Source: Elusimicrobiota bacterium
Lineage (GTDB): Bacteria > Elusimicrobiota > UBA8919
Direction of reading: 5' to 3'
Assembly (NCBI GenBank): GCA_016928195.1
Contig: JAFGLF010000006.1
Location: 10,807 to 74,806, forward strand
Length of the DNA: 64,000 nt
The notes beneath the pieces are model-generated. The model was given only the letters and a program-made list of their open reading frames with translations, did not search any database and had not been told where the DNA came from. Both the position numbers and the translations under genes were made by a program. Shown here in pieces: positions 20,329 through 30,921 of this stretch (positions are counted from its first letter, which is position 1; the number at the start of each line of letters is the position of its first letter).

Positions 20329-23300
20329 ATGAAAAGAATTATTTTAATTATTTCTATTTTTTTGGTTTTAATTAGTTCTGTTCCCTTTGTTTTAGGAGAA
20401 GAGTTTGATATGGATGAATGGCAGAAGCTAAGGGGTCAGAAAGAGAAAAAAATATTTACCGATGAAAAAATTGAAACCGCTCTTCCTGGGACATTACACA
20501 TAAGTTCAGCCCCGGCTGTTCCAGAGCCAACGGTTCCTGCTATTCTTTCTGAAGGCATAGACCTTCCGTATGAATCAAAACTTGCGATTTCCGGAAGAAA
20601 ATATATAGGTATGAAATATAAAACATCAAAATACCTGAATGAAAGAGAAGATGGCAAGCTTGCACCGTCTCCCAGCGGGTTCGAACTGAATCAGCAGCTT
20701 CAGGTCAGGGTTAAAGGAACAGTTAAAAGAAAAATTACCGTGAATGTAGATTATGACGATACAGTCGAGAATAAAAAAGATATTTCAATACAGTATAAAG
20801 GCGACCCGGATGAAATTGTTCAGGAGGCGGCATTCGGAGATGTAACTTTGTCGCTACCGGGGACAGAATTTGTTTCATACAATAAAGCGGCATTTGGCGC
20901 GACAACAAAGTTGAAATATAAAAGGGCAAATGCATATGCGATTTTCTCCAGAACAAAAGGAACAACCGAAACAAAACGTTTCACAGGTTCAACAACCTTT
21001 GAAAAAGAAGATATTAACGATACTTCATATTTAAGAAGAAAATATTATAAACTTGCACTTGACCCTTCACATCTCCCCATAAAGCCCGGAAGCGAAAAAA
21101 TCTATATTGATGATAAAAATGCTGCGAACAATACTATTGTCACCTCCAGTATTACCGTTGCACAATATAATGTCTGGGGGTCATCGGTTCAGGCTACTGC
21201 TGAACTTTTATATGCAGGAAGCGATTATACTATTGACTACGAGAGAGGTGTAATTGTTTTTAGAAAAACAATAGAGGCGAATTATATAATTGCTGTTGAT
21301 TATGAAAAGAAAGATGGTACAAGGGTAATAAATGATGCTCCCGGAGGTTTGTATAAAATGATAAAAGATGAATCGGACAACCTTCAGTATGAATTAAAGA
21401 ATTACTATTCAATAGGCAGGAGAAAGATAGTCAGGGATGATAATAAAGGTAATTTTATATTACAAATTTTGGACCTAAACCGTAAAGAAGTTACCAGGAT
21501 AGATGAAACCGCCCAGAATGTCAATTACCCGGAGTATGTAGAGGTGGATTTTGAAGCAGGAACTTTCAGGTTTACCGACGGCACAGGCAATGATGCCGAA
21601 CCTTTTCCCGCAGCAACCTATGCGAAATCTCCAACCCGCAGTCATATAATTTATCTTGAGTACAGATACAGAGCGAAATCATATCTTGTAAAACCCAACA
21701 TAGTTCCGCATTCGGAAAAGATAATGATGAATAATAAAATGCTGATTAGAGATGTAGATTATTTTATAGATTATGATTCCGGTTTTATTACATTTTTGAA
21801 TGAGGAAAAAATTACCGATTCTACGGTTATAGAAATAACTTACGAATGGACTCCTTTTGGGGGTCAGCTGGACCAGACAGTTGTAGGGTTTCGCGGGGAG
21901 TACGCTCCGTTTGATAATTTCGGGTTTGGCTCTACTTTTTTATACAATTTCCCGGCAAAACCTCAAACTGCTCCGAGTGTCCGTTCTACCCCGGAAAGCA
22001 TCGCTGTTTACGAATTTGATTCAAGAGCTTCATTTAAAAATTTGCCGTTACAGCCGTCTATCTCCGGGGAATATGCAGGCAGTGTAAAAAATCCCAATAC
22101 ATATGGTAATGCGCTTATTGAAAACATGGAAGGTATAAAAATGATATCTTCCATGGCCATCAATAAACTTTCATGGAAATACTCTGCAAATATAGCTGCA
22201 GATGTAACTGAATATGACTCACTTTACTGGGAAAATGTAGACGTTCAGAACGGTATAATCAATCCGTCTGTCCCGGAAGGCGAGAGGGAAACCAACAGGC
22301 AGGTGCTGAACATTGCATATAAACTTCAGACCGGCAAAGAAACATCAATTATATATTCTATTTCGCGTCTTGGTGCTGATTACACAAAGAAACTTTTTCT
22401 TGAAGTGTGGATGTATGGTGACGGTTCGGGCGATGATGTTACATTATCCATCGGTTCTTTAAATGAAGATGCTGACGGTGACGGTGTTCTTGATACAGAG
22501 GATCTTAATTCCGACGGTATCTTGAATTCCGGTGAAGATGTGGGTATTTCGTTTAATCATCCCAGCGGTGTAGTTACAACAATAGGCAGTGCTAATGGTA
22601 GGATCGACACCGAAGATCTCGACGGTGATGGTATCTTAAGAAGAAATGATAATATTTTAGGGAGTTTCGGTATAGCAAATTTTGTTAATTCGGACGGTAG
22701 TCTTGGATTTATTGACGAATCCGGTAATCAGTATACAAGTATTTCCTGGACAGGCTGGAAACATTTTATACTGCCTCTCGGGGATGTTTCGTCCTGGGAA
22801 GCTGTAAAACAGGTCCGTATAACTGTGAAATCGACATCCGGAAGTTCCGTTTACCGTAATATTCAATTTGCCGAGATATCACTGGTTGGAAACAAATGGG
22901 AGAAGCCTGTTGTTACAGGGACCGGTATTAACGACAAAATGACTGCAACCGCAATTAATAATGTTGACAATACCGGATATATCCCGCTATACAGCTATTT
23001 CCCGTCACTCTATGAAGACCTTTATAATCTTGACAGTAATGATTTAATAGATAAGAAAGAACAGTCATTATTGCTTCAATATACACTCATCAATGGTTCA
23101 AAAGCATCAACAAAAGTTGTTTTTTCCCGTGCCGAGGACTATTCTAAACACAGAAAACTTACTTATTTTTTATGGGGTGATGATTCAAAGGGAGCTACGT
23201 TTAAGATACAGTTCGGTGCAGAATCGGCATATTTTGAGCATACAATAACACCCAATTGGACAGGTTGGGGAAAGATAGTTTTAGAGCTTATAGATATAAA

Positions 23301-25524
23301 TAACGACAATATGCCTGATATCATGACGTATAATAACCACCAGATTACACAGGTTGGGACCCCGTCTCTTACAAATATAGCCCAGATAAAGATTGTTGTT
23401 GAAAATAATTCCGGTTTGGATATAGAGGACGGAAAAATCTGGGTAGACGAATTATATGTAGATGACGCATGGAAAGTAAAAGGTTATGCTCATAGGGAAA
23501 ATGCCGATTTTACAATCCCGGAGTGGGCGACATTCGGAGGAAAATATAAATATATTGACCGTAATTTTCAGACACTTACAACCCAGATTGCCAATCGTGA
23601 CTATGAAGAAAAGAGCGGATACTTTAAGATGCCTCAGATATGGTTTTTAAAACCGTCGATTTTTAACTGGATTTCTGTTCCGCTTGATACATCAGTTTCA
23701 AAGACATTAACAATAACACCCTCGTCCGTTCAAACGGGTGACCCGAATCTTGTTTCTATATTGGACGAAGGAAGGGTTGTGAATGTATCGGGCAATAGTT
23801 CAACTTCGGTTTCAATCAAAAAATTTCCCCAGCTCGGTGCATCATATTCCAAATCAATTACAGAAACAAAGAACTTATCGCAGCGTGATGAAAGTAATTC
23901 ATATAGCGGTAACCTGAGTTATACAAACCCTTTAAAGCTTTATGTTACTCCGAACAGTTTATCGGCATCCTATTCCAGAACCGATTCCTACAGGGGTTAT
24001 CCTGAGGAAGAAGAAACCGACTTTAAAGACTTATTCAGTAATATAACCACCTGGTATCTTTTGACATATACCAAGGATTATTCCGGCCAGGTGTCTTTTA
24101 CACCGCTTGGCTGGATGGAAACATGGGTTGGAATAATACCATTTTCTAATCTTTCACTTTCACCTAATTATAAATATACAATAACACGCGAAGAGAAACT
24201 TTTGTCCGATGATAAGATAACATGTTATCCTAAGAACGACTCTCAGACGGCTTCTGTTTCAAGTTCTTTCCGTATTTTTTCGTGGTTTCAACCATCCGCA
24301 TCCTATAGTTCTGGAATTACCCAGACATACGATCTTACGGCTTCAACTTATACTGGTACTGATTGGGATAGGCTTATTCAGGTAACTACCGGACAGATTG
24401 ATGCAGAAACAAAATCGGTTTCGAGAACAGCCAGCGGAGATGTTTCTGTTTCACTTATTCCTAAAAATATTGTTAAGTTTAAACCTATAAACTCTCTTTC
24501 GTTGAATGCATCCTATTCAATTTCCGACGGTGATTCCTACGAAAAAGTCAGCTCATCACTCACATCACGTACGGATGTATACAAGGAGTTATGGGTAAGG
24601 AAATCCATACCATTAGAAAGCCCGGCTGCCAAAAGAAAGTCATTGACTCTTTCGGATACGGTAAGGGGTAATGCCAGATGGTCGCCGTTTGAGTTTATAA
24701 AATTTCCGTCGCGGCTAACACCTATAGGAAATATAACAACAAGTTCTGCATATTCAAAAAGTGATAGAAGAGAAGAAACAACAGGAACTGTAAGCAAGAC
24801 GATTACGAAGAATTGGCCCGATATTACAGCAGGAATGCCTGGTACGGAAAAGTTCCTTTATTATATCGGTAAGTATGTATCTGATACTCATATAAATGTA
24901 AAATATACAAAAAGAACTACCGATGTATATGCCTCTACCGAACAGGTAAAATCCGATTGGACGGTTTCTAACTCTTATGATTACAGATTCAATGTTATAA
25001 GAAAGTTTGACTGTTTTTCATCATATAGCGTTTCAACCAATTTCAGCGAAGATTTAAGATTAAACAAAGTTACTGCTGACGGTAAGGCCCAGTCTGCATC
25101 CGGACAGATAGGCTATAGGTGGAGGGACTGGAGGCTCACTCCGAGATTTGACTGGACAAAAAGTGTAGAACTTGATGGCGAAGGTAAATTCATAAATGAT
25201 ACGTTAGGACGTACTTATTCACTTGGTATAAACTACGATGTTTCAAAACCTATTTTATGGAAAATACCGTTTACATCGACAATTCTTGAGCTTAAGAATC
25301 GTTTTACCGCAACCAGTAATTTAAAATATACACGAAACCATGACAGGGTTGAGGATAAAAACAACACAGACACATATACTATGTCAATGAGCGGTGATTA
25401 CACTATTTCCGATAATTTAAGAATGAATATCGGCTCGTCAGGTACATATTACAAATGCCGCACCTTGAAGCAGGACGACTACTATTCACTTGAAATCTCC
25501 TCCGCGCTTACCATTACTTTCTGA
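20329..25524 (+). CDS. SprA/Sov-like giant outer-membrane protein (T9SS translocon-like)
   Basis: Signal peptide; QQLQVRVKG..VDYDD..YKGDPDEIVQEAAFGDV, DYFIDYDSG, EDADGDGVLDTEDL recall SprA; beta-rich C-half ending in F. Confidence 0.7.
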   Translation: MKRIILIISIFLVLISSVPFVLGEEFDMDEWQKLRGQKEKKIFTDEKIETALPGTLHISSAPAVPEPTVPAILSEGIDLPYESKLAISGRKYIGMKYKTSKYLNEREDGKLAPSPSGFELNQQLQVRVKGTVKRKITVNVDYDDTVENKKDISIQYKGDPDEIVQEAAFGDVTLSLPGTEFVSYNKAAFGATTKLKYKRANAYAIFSRTKGTTETKRFTGSTTFEKEDINDTSYLRRKYYKLALDPSHLPIKPGSEKIYIDDKNAANNTIVTSSITVAQYNVWGSSVQATAELLYAGSDYTIDYERGVIVFRKTIEANYIIAVDYEKKDGTRVINDAPGGLYKMIKDESDNLQYELKNYYSIGRRKIVRDDNKGNFILQILDLNRKEVTRIDETAQNVNYPEYVEVDFEAGTFRFTDGTGNDAEPFPAATYAKSPTRSHIIYLEYRYRAKSYLVKPNIVPHSEKIMMNNKMLIRDVDYFIDYDSGFITFLNEEKITDSTVIEITYEWTPFGGQLDQTVVGFRGEYAPFDNFGFGSTFLYNFPAKPQTAPSVRSTPESIAVYEFDSRASFKNLPLQPSISGEYAGSVKNPNTYGNALIENMEGIKMISSMAINKLSWKYSANIAADVTEYDSLYWENVDVQNGIINPSVPEGERETNRQVLNIAYKLQTGKETSIIYSISRLGADYTKKLFLEVWMYGDGSGDDVTLSIGSLNEDADGDGVLDTEDLNSDGILNSGEDVGISFNHPSGVVTTIGSANGRIDTEDLDGDGILRRNDNILGSFGIANFVNSDGSLGFIDESGNQYTSISWTGWKHFILPLGDVSSWEAVKQVRITVKSTSGSSVYRNIQFAEISLVGNKWEKPVVTGTGINDKMTATAINNVDNTGYIPLYSYFPSLYEDLYNLDSNDLIDKKEQSLLLQYTLINGSKASTKVVFSRAEDYSKHRKLTYFLWGDDSKGATFKIQFGAESAYFEHTITPNWTGWGKIVLELIDINNDNMPDIMTYNNHQITQVGTPSLTNIAQIKIVVENNSGLDIEDGKIWVDELYVDDAWKVKGYAHRENADFTIPEWATFGGKYKYIDRNFQTLTTQIANRDYEEKSGYFKMPQIWFLKPSIFNWISVPLDTSVSKTLTITPSSVQTGDPNLVSILDEGRVVNVSGNSSTSVSIKKFPQLGASYSKSITETKNLSQRDESNSYSGNLSYTNPLKLYVTPNSLSASYSRTDSYRGYPEEEETDFKDLFSNITTWYLLTYTKDYSGQVSFTPLGWMETWVGIIPFSNLSLSPNYKYTITREEKLLSDDKITCYPKNDSQTASVSSSFRIFSWFQPSASYSSGITQTYDLTASTYTGTDWDRLIQVTTGQIDAETKSVSRTASGDVSVSLIPKNIVKFKPINSLSLNASYSISDGDSYEKVSSSLTSRTDVYKELWVRKSIPLESPAAKRKSLTLSDTVRGNARWSPFEFIKFPSRLTPIGNITTSSAYSKSDRREETTGTVSKTITKNWPDITAGMPGTEKFLYYIGKYVSDTHINVKYTKRTTDVYASTEQVKSDWTVSNSYDYRFNVIRKFDCFSSYSVSTNFSEDLRLNKVTADGKAQSASGQIGYRWRDWRLTPRFDWTKSVELDGEGKFINDTLGRTYSLGINYDVSKPILWKIPFTSTILELKNRFTATSNLKYTRNHDRVEDKNNTDTYTMSMSGDYTISDNLRMNIGSSGTYYKCRTLKQDDYYSLEISSALTITF

Positions 25525-25663
25525 TTTTTTTCTTGACTTTTTCCGGTTATTTTATAAAATAGTAAAAATGAGTAAGAAATTGAAGGATTTAAAGATTCAA
25601 AAATTAAATCCGGCAATGGAAAACTGATTTTTTTAATCTTTTAGTTGTTTTTATGGAGGTTCA

Positions 25664-26710
25664 ATGCGTGTAGGTATTAATGGTTTTGGCAGGATAGGCA
25701 GGCTGGTTGCAAGAGTAATACTTGAAAGGAACAACAAGAACATGGAACTTGTTGCGGTAAATGATTTGTTTGATGCAAAGGCAAATGCACACCTTTTAAA
25801 GTATGATTCCGTTCATGGTCAGTTTCCGGGAGATGTGAAAGCCGAAGGTTCCGATGTGATTTCGGTCAACGGTAAAAAGATAAAGGTTCTTAAAAAGAAA
25901 GACCCGACTGAACTTCCGTGGAAGGATCTGGGTGTTGAAGTCGTCGTTGAATCGACCGGACTCTTTTTGCTGAAAAAGGACGGCGTTAATAAAAAAGGCA
26001 AAGAGGTAAAAGGTGCTGAAAATCACATAACAAAGGGCGGTGCTAAAAAAGTTGTTATTTCCGCGCCTGCTCAGGGTGAAGATTTAACTGTGGTTTTGGG
26101 TGTCAATGATGATAAATATGATCCCAAAAACCATCATGTCGTTTCAAATGCTTCGTGTACTACAAACTGTCTGGCACCAGTCGCAAAGGTTATTAATGAT
26201 AACTGGGGAATCGAAAAAGGTCTTATGACAACAATACATGCTTATACCAACGATCAGAGAGTACAGGATATGGCACATTCCGATATGCGCCGTGCCCGTG
26301 CTGCTGCCGTTTCAATGATTCCTACAACTACTGGTGCTGCAAAAGCAATCGGACTTGTAATTCCGGAACTCAAGGGAAAACTGGACGGTTTTGCAATCCG
26401 TGTTCCGACCCCTAACGTTTCTGTTGTTGATTTATCCGCTACTTTAAAGAAAAAAGCGACAGCTGAAGAAATAAATGCTGCATTGAAGGCAGCATCTGAA
26501 GGTAAGATGAAAGGGTATTTGGGTTATTCAGAAGAACCCCTTGTTTCGATTGATTTCAATCATTGCCCGCTTTCGTCGGTTGCAGACCCTCAATTTACCA
26601 AAGTTATTGACGGTAACTTCGTAAAGGTACTTGCCTGGTATGACAACGAATGGGGATATTCCAACAGAGTAATCGACCTGATCGAATTCATGATGAAAAA
26701 AGGTATATAA
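25664..26710 (+). CDS. gap: Glyceraldehyde-3-phosphate dehydrogenase type I
   Basis: [28 protein letters not shown]. Confidence 0.98.
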   Translation: MRVGINGFGRIGRLVARVILERNNKNMELVAVNDLFDAKANAHLLKYDSVHGQFPGDVKAEGSDVISVNGKKIKVLKKKDPTELPWKDLGVEVVVESTGLFLLKKDGVNKKGKEVKGAENHITKGGAKKVVISAPAQGEDLTVVLGVNDDKYDPKNHHVVSNASCTTNCLAPVAKVINDNWGIEKGLMTTIHAYTNDQRVQDMAHSDMRRARAAAVSMIPTTTGAAKAIGLVIPELKGKLDGFAIRVPTPNVSVVDLSATLKKKATAEEINAALKAASEGKMKGYLGYSEEPLVSIDFNHCPLSSVADPQFTKVIDGNFVKVLAWYDNEWGYSNRVIDLIEFMMKKGI

Positions 26711-26804
26711 TGGAGGCAGTTAAGAAGATTAAAAGATTAAAAGATTAGAAAAATTAAAATCTTTCAATCTTTCGAATTTTCCCAATCTTTTTAATTGATT
26801 TTAA
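26711..26804 (+). repeat. TGGAGG + 81-nt AAAGATTAA/TTCAATCTT periodic hairpin
   Basis: Near-identical copy at 30322-30418; looser copy at about 25575-25645. Confidence 0.85.
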
Positions 26805-28037
26805 ATGCCAAAACTTACGATTCGTGATATTGATTTAAAAAATAAAAAGATTTTGATGCGTGCGGATTATAATGTTCCTTTGGATAAATCCTCGCCGCGG
26901 CAGATTACCGATGATACAAGAATAAAGGAATCAATTCCGACCATAAAGCATCTTATCGGGCAGGGCTGTAGTCTTATTCTGTGTTCCCATTTGGGTCGCC
27001 CAAAAGGCAAGGCGTTGCCTGAGTTTTCACTTAAGCCGGTTGCTGAGCGTCTGTCAGAATTGCTTGGACAGGAAGTAAACCCCCACACCAATGGACAGTC
27101 TATTGGTGTGAGGGTAAAATTTGCATCCGACTGTGTCGGAGATGAAGTAAAAAAGCTTGCCGGAAGTTTAAAACCAAAGGATATATTATTGCTTGAAAAC
27201 CTGAGGTTTCATCCTGAAGAGGAAAAGAACAACGAAAATTTTGCCAAACAGCTTTCTGAATTGGCGGAGTTCTTTGTTCAGGATGCATTTGGGACTGTTC
27301 ACCGTGCCCATGCCTCAACAGCAGGTGTAAATAAATTTTTGCCTTCCGCAGCCGGATTTCTCCTTGAAAAAGAAATAAAGTACTTGGGTGATTCGCTGCA
27401 GAATCCCAAGAGACCTTTTGTCGCGATTTTAGGCGGTGCAAAAGTTTCGGATAAAATCGGCGTAATCGAAAATCTTATACCTAAGGTTGATGCCATAATT
27501 ATCGGCGGTGCAATGGCATATACGTTTCTAAAAGCTCAAGGTATACGAGTGGGAAGTTCCCGTGTTGAAGAAGATAAACTGGAAGTAGCAAAGGAGATTT
27601 GTAAAAAATCCGGTAAGATTACATTTCTTTTACCGGTTGACCATGTTATTGCCGACAAGCTTGATAAAGCCGCAAATGTAGAAAATACAAACGGTATTGA
27701 AATCAAAGACGGCTGGATGGGTGTTGATATAGGTGATTCCTCGATATCAAGATATTGTACTGTAATACTGTCGGCAAAGACGATTGTTTTAAACGGACCT
27801 ATGGGTGTTTTTGAGATTGATAGGTTTGCTAAAGGGACAAATGCAATTTCATATGCTATTGCCGATGCAACTTCAAACGGAGCTGTTTCAATCATCGGCG
27901 GCGGTGACAGTGTGTCTGCGGTCAAGAAAGCCGGTCTGGCAGAAAAGATGTCGCATATTTCTACAGGCGGCGGAGCTTCCCTTGAATTCCTGGAAGGAAA
28001 AGAACTTCCCGGAATTGCTGCATTAAAGGATAAGTAA
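26805..28037 (+). CDS. pgk: Phosphoglycerate kinase
   Basis: RADYNVP, SHLGRP, LLENLRF, GGAKVSDK, STGGGASLE. Confidence 0.98.
   Translation: MPKLTIRDIDLKNKKILMRADYNVPLDKSSPRQITDDTRIKESIPTIKHLIGQGCSLILCSHLGRPKGKALPEFSLKPVAERLSELLGQEVNPHTNGQSIGVRVKFASDCVGDEVKKLAGSLKPKDILLLENLRFHPEEEKNNENFAKQLSELAEFFVQDAFGTVHRAHASTAGVNKFLPSAAGFLLEKEIKYLGDSLQNPKRPFVAILGGAKVSDKIGVIENLIPKVDAIIIGGAMAYTFLKAQGIRVGSSRVEEDKLEVAKEICKKSGKITFLLPVDHVIADKLDKAANVENTNGIEIKDGWMGVDIGDSSISRYCTVILSAKTIVLNGPMGVFEIDRFAKGTNAISYAIADATSNGAVSIIGGGDSVSAVKKAGLAEKMSHISTGGGASLEFLEGKELPGIAALKDK
27080..27114. mobile_element. 35-bp palindromic mini-element in frame in pgk
   Basis: TAAA duplicated at 27076-79 and 27115-18; 39 bp net = NPHTNGQSIGVRV. 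Confidence 0.9.
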
Positions 28038-28043
28038 CCACTC

Positions 28044-28139
28044 GGGAAAACTTTTTTTGAGCCGCTCGGCACCAGCTCGCTCGGAGATTTGCTCGTGAAT
28101 GTATAGTCGCAAATCGAGGCTCTTCAAAAAGTGTTTCCC
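28044..28139. repeat. About 95-bp imperfect inverted repeat
   Basis: GGGAAAACTTTTTTTGAGCC ... GGCTCTTCAAAAAGTGTTTCCC. Confidence 0.6.
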
Positions 28140-28168
28140 TCGCAGAGATATAAAAGTGGGAGGGGTAA

Positions 28169-29053
28169 ATGCGAAAAGCTATTTTTATTTTTGGATTACT
28201 GTTTGTAAGTGTATCCTTTTGTTCTGCTGAACCTTATGACTATCTGGCAAAGAGAATATCAAAAGGTGCAAAAAAACTGACCAATAAAAAAGTTGCTGTT
28301 TTACCCTTTCAATACTATGACGGAAGAAAATCCCCGGGTTCCAATATTGTATCCGAACATCTGATAACAAAAATTGTGGAACGGGGAAAACTTCAGGTTG
28401 TTGAAAGAGCATTACTTAACAAGATTATGGATGAAATGAAACTGGAACAGTCGGGTGTTATCGACCAGGAAACCACAAAGGAATTGGGTAAGGTTTTGGG
28501 TGTTGAAGCCGTAGTAACAGGAACATTGATTGAAGAAACAGATTCCGAATGGGTTAATATAAATACAAGGCTTATAAAAGTGGAAACAGGAGACATTCTG
28601 GTTGCGGCAAGCAAAGAAGTAAAAAAGACATGGGAAGATGCGACTTTTTCTGTAGTAGAAGATACACCGGAAGAAAAGACAGAAGAGTCACCGGCACATG
28701 AGCCGGACATGAAAGTTGAGGAACCTGAATCGATTAAAATAGGTCCGGGTGACGGAGAAAAAAAAATACCTGAAGCTATAGTGGAATTAAAGAAAAGTCA
28801 TAATCTTTTTAAAGCAAAGCGCTATAAAATGGCAATAGATGAAGCAAAAAATGTTTTGAAGAAATATTCCGATAAGCCTGTTGTAGCGTCACGCGCTTTG
28901 TTTATTATTGGTAGATCGCATGAGTTCCTAAAACAACCCAGGATGGCCAGAGCCGCCTACATAAAAATAATTAAAGACTATCCTTTAAATACCAAGGCAG
29001 TAAAGGGAGCACAAGAACGTCTGCGTTATCTTGATCGGGGACAGAGACGGTAA
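28169..29053 (+). CDS. Exported CsgG/FlgO-like domain protein with C-terminal TPR
   Basis: Signal peptide; VAVLPF..VVER..ELGKVLGVEAVVTG..RLIKVETG; TPR-like helices. Confidence 0.7.
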   Translation: MRKAIFIFGLLFVSVSFCSAEPYDYLAKRISKGAKKLTNKKVAVLPFQYYDGRKSPGSNIVSEHLITKIVERGKLQVVERALLNKIMDEMKLEQSGVIDQETTKELGKVLGVEAVVTGTLIEETDSEWVNINTRLIKVETGDILVAASKEVKKTWEDATFSVVEDTPEEKTEESPAHEPDMKVEEPESIKIGPGDGEKKIPEAIVELKKSHNLFKAKRYKMAIDEAKNVLKKYSDKPVVASRALFIIGRSHEFLKQPRMARAAYIKIIKDYPLNTKAVKGAQERLRYLDRGQRR

Positions 29054-29073
29054 AATAAATAAGGTAAGGTAAA

Positions 29074-29108
29074 CCCCCACACCAATAGAACGACCATTGG
29101 TGTGGGGG
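29074..29108. mobile_element. 35-bp palindromic mini-element, intergenic
   Basis: TAAA at 29070-73 and 29109-12. Confidence 0.9.
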
Positions 29109-29118
29109 TAAATAAATT

Positions 29119-30321
29119 ATGATAGAACAGGAATTTTTAAAAAAACTTTCGGTAAAAACAGATACAAAGATTGTTATGCTTGTAATGGACGGATTGGGCG
29201 GATGTCAGAATGAATCCGGTGAGACTGAAATTGAAACAGCAAAACATCCGAATCTTGATAATCTTGCAAAAATTTCCATCTGCGGGCTTTCCGACCCTGT
29301 TTCTCCCGGTATAACCCCGGGTAGCGGACCTTCGCATCTTGCGCTTTTCGGATACGACCCGCTTAAGTATGAGATAGGACGCGGTCTTCTGGATACGTTG
29401 GGTATAGATTTCGAGTTTACCGCTGATGATTTGGCAGCCAGAGGGAATTTTTGCACTGTTAACGAAAAAGGTGTTATCACCGATAGGCGTGCCGGCAGAA
29501 TACCCACGGAAAAAAATATTGAAATCTGTAAAAAGCTGGATGGAATGGAGATTGACAGTGTAAAGATTTTTGTAAAAACGGTTAAAGAACACAGATTTTC
29601 GGTAATTTTCAGAGGTAAAAATCTTTCTGACAAACTGCAGGATTCTGACCCGCAGAAGGAGGGGCTGGAACCGCTTGATGTTATTGTAACGGAAAAGTCC
29701 GCCGAACCATCTGCGAAAATAGTAAATAAATTTGTCCAAAAGGTTAAAGAAGTTCTGAAGGATGAAAAGCCTGCCAATATGGTGCTTTTGCGAGGTTTTT
29801 CAAAAATGGTGGCCCTTCCGAAGTTTCAGGATATATATAAACTTACACCTGCCTGTATTGCAATATATCCTATGTATAAAGGGCTTGCACAGCTTTGTGG
29901 GATGGAAGTAATAAAATCCGGCGATACAATTGAAACAGAATTTGCAACACTCAAGGAAAATTTTTCTAAATATGACTTTTTTTATGTTCATATAAAGCAG
30001 ACCGATTCTTCGGGTGAAGACGGGGATTTTAATAGGAAAGTAAGGGTTATTGAACAGGTTGATAAATCAATACCCATACTGACAGGTCTTAATCCCGATG
30101 TTATAATAATAACAGGTGATCATTCGACACCCGCAGTTATCGGTGCTCATTCATGGCATTCTGTTCCTGTGCTAATTTACTCGAAGAAATGCAGATTTGA
30201 TAAAGTTGAAAAATTTTCAGAAACCGAATTTATTTCCGGTGGATTAGGCAGAATTTTAGCAAGGGATATAATGCCCATTGCTTTAAGCAATGCCGGCAAA
30301 CTTTTAAAATATGGAGCATAG
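29119..30321 (+). CDS. apgM: 2,3-bisphosphoglycerate-independent phosphoglycerate mutase (ApgM type)
   Basis: DGLGG, PGSGPSHLALFGYDP, RGNF, DRRAGRI, TGDHSTP. Confidence 0.92.
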   Translation: MIEQEFLKKLSVKTDTKIVMLVMDGLGGCQNESGETEIETAKHPNLDNLAKISICGLSDPVSPGITPGSGPSHLALFGYDPLKYEIGRGLLDTLGIDFEFTADDLAARGNFCTVNEKGVITDRRAGRIPTEKNIEICKKLDGMEIDSVKIFVKTVKEHRFSVIFRGKNLSDKLQDSDPQKEGLEPLDVIVTEKSAEPSAKIVNKFVQKVKEVLKDEKPANMVLLRGFSKMVALPKFQDIYKLTPACIAIYPMYKGLAQLCGMEVIKSGDTIETEFATLKENFSKYDFFYVHIKQTDSSGEDGDFNRKVRVIEQVDKSIPILTGLNPDVIIITGDHSTPAVIGAHSWHSVPVLIYSKKCRFDKVEKFSETEFISGGLGRILARDIMPIALSNAGKLLKYGA

Positions 30322-30418
30322 TGGAGGCAATTAAAAGATTAGAAAATTAAAAGATTAAAAAAATTAAAATCTTTCAATTTTTCAAATTTTTCCAATCTTT
30401 TTAATTGATTTTATTTAA
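30322..30418 (+). repeat. TGGAGG + 80-nt AAAGATTAA periodic hairpin
   Basis: Copy of 26711-26804. Confidence 0.85.
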
Positions 30419-30760
30419 ATGTATGGTTTTGTTTTGACTATTCATATTATAGTAAGTGTAGGTTTAATTTTGATTGTACTTTTGCAAGCTGGTAAGGGTG
30501 CAGGAATTTCCGGACTTTTCGGAGGGGGAAGTAATGATTCGGCTTTCAGCGGGGCTACCACACCGGGTGTTATTAAAAAGATTACAACCACAATGGCTGT
30601 GTTGTTTATGATAACGTCTTTAGCTTTAACGGTCATTATAGCAAAATCCAGAAGAAGGTCTTTGGCTGAAACTATACCTGTTGCTCAGCCCACACAGCAA
30701 CAGCAGCAGCCAGCCCCGTCTCCATCAGGTCCGGATGCTGTGCCACCGGCACAAGAGTAG
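30419..30760 (+). CDS. secG: Preprotein translocase subunit SecG
   Basis: VLLQAGKGAGISGLFGGG, two TMs. Confidence 0.95.
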   Translation: MYGFVLTIHIIVSVGLILIVLLQAGKGAGISGLFGGGSNDSAFSGATTPGVIKKITTTMAVLFMITSLALTVIIAKSRRRSLAETIPVAQPTQQQQQPAPSPSGPDAVPPAQE

Positions 30761-30839
30761 AGAGACAGACCGCGAAGGATGAGGGACGAGAGACGAAACA
30801 TCGTCCATCTTCCGTCGTCCATCGCATCCGGCGTTAATT

Positions 30840-30921
30840 GCTGGGGTGGCGGAATTGGTATACGCGCACGTTTGAGGGGCGTGTGGAGAAATCCGTGCGG
30901 GTTCAAGTCCCGCCCCCAGCA
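30840..30921 (+). tRNA. tRNA-Leu(GAG), CCA not encoded
   Basis: Acceptor GCTGGGG/CCCCAGC, anticodon loop TTGAGGG, long variable arm, TTCAAGT T-loop. Confidence 0.95.

Noticed and set aside
25965-26030. GAPDH insertion [16 protein letters not shown] as repeat-derived
   Set aside because: DNA shows no tandem or palindromic structure; likely an ordinary lineage-specific loop.
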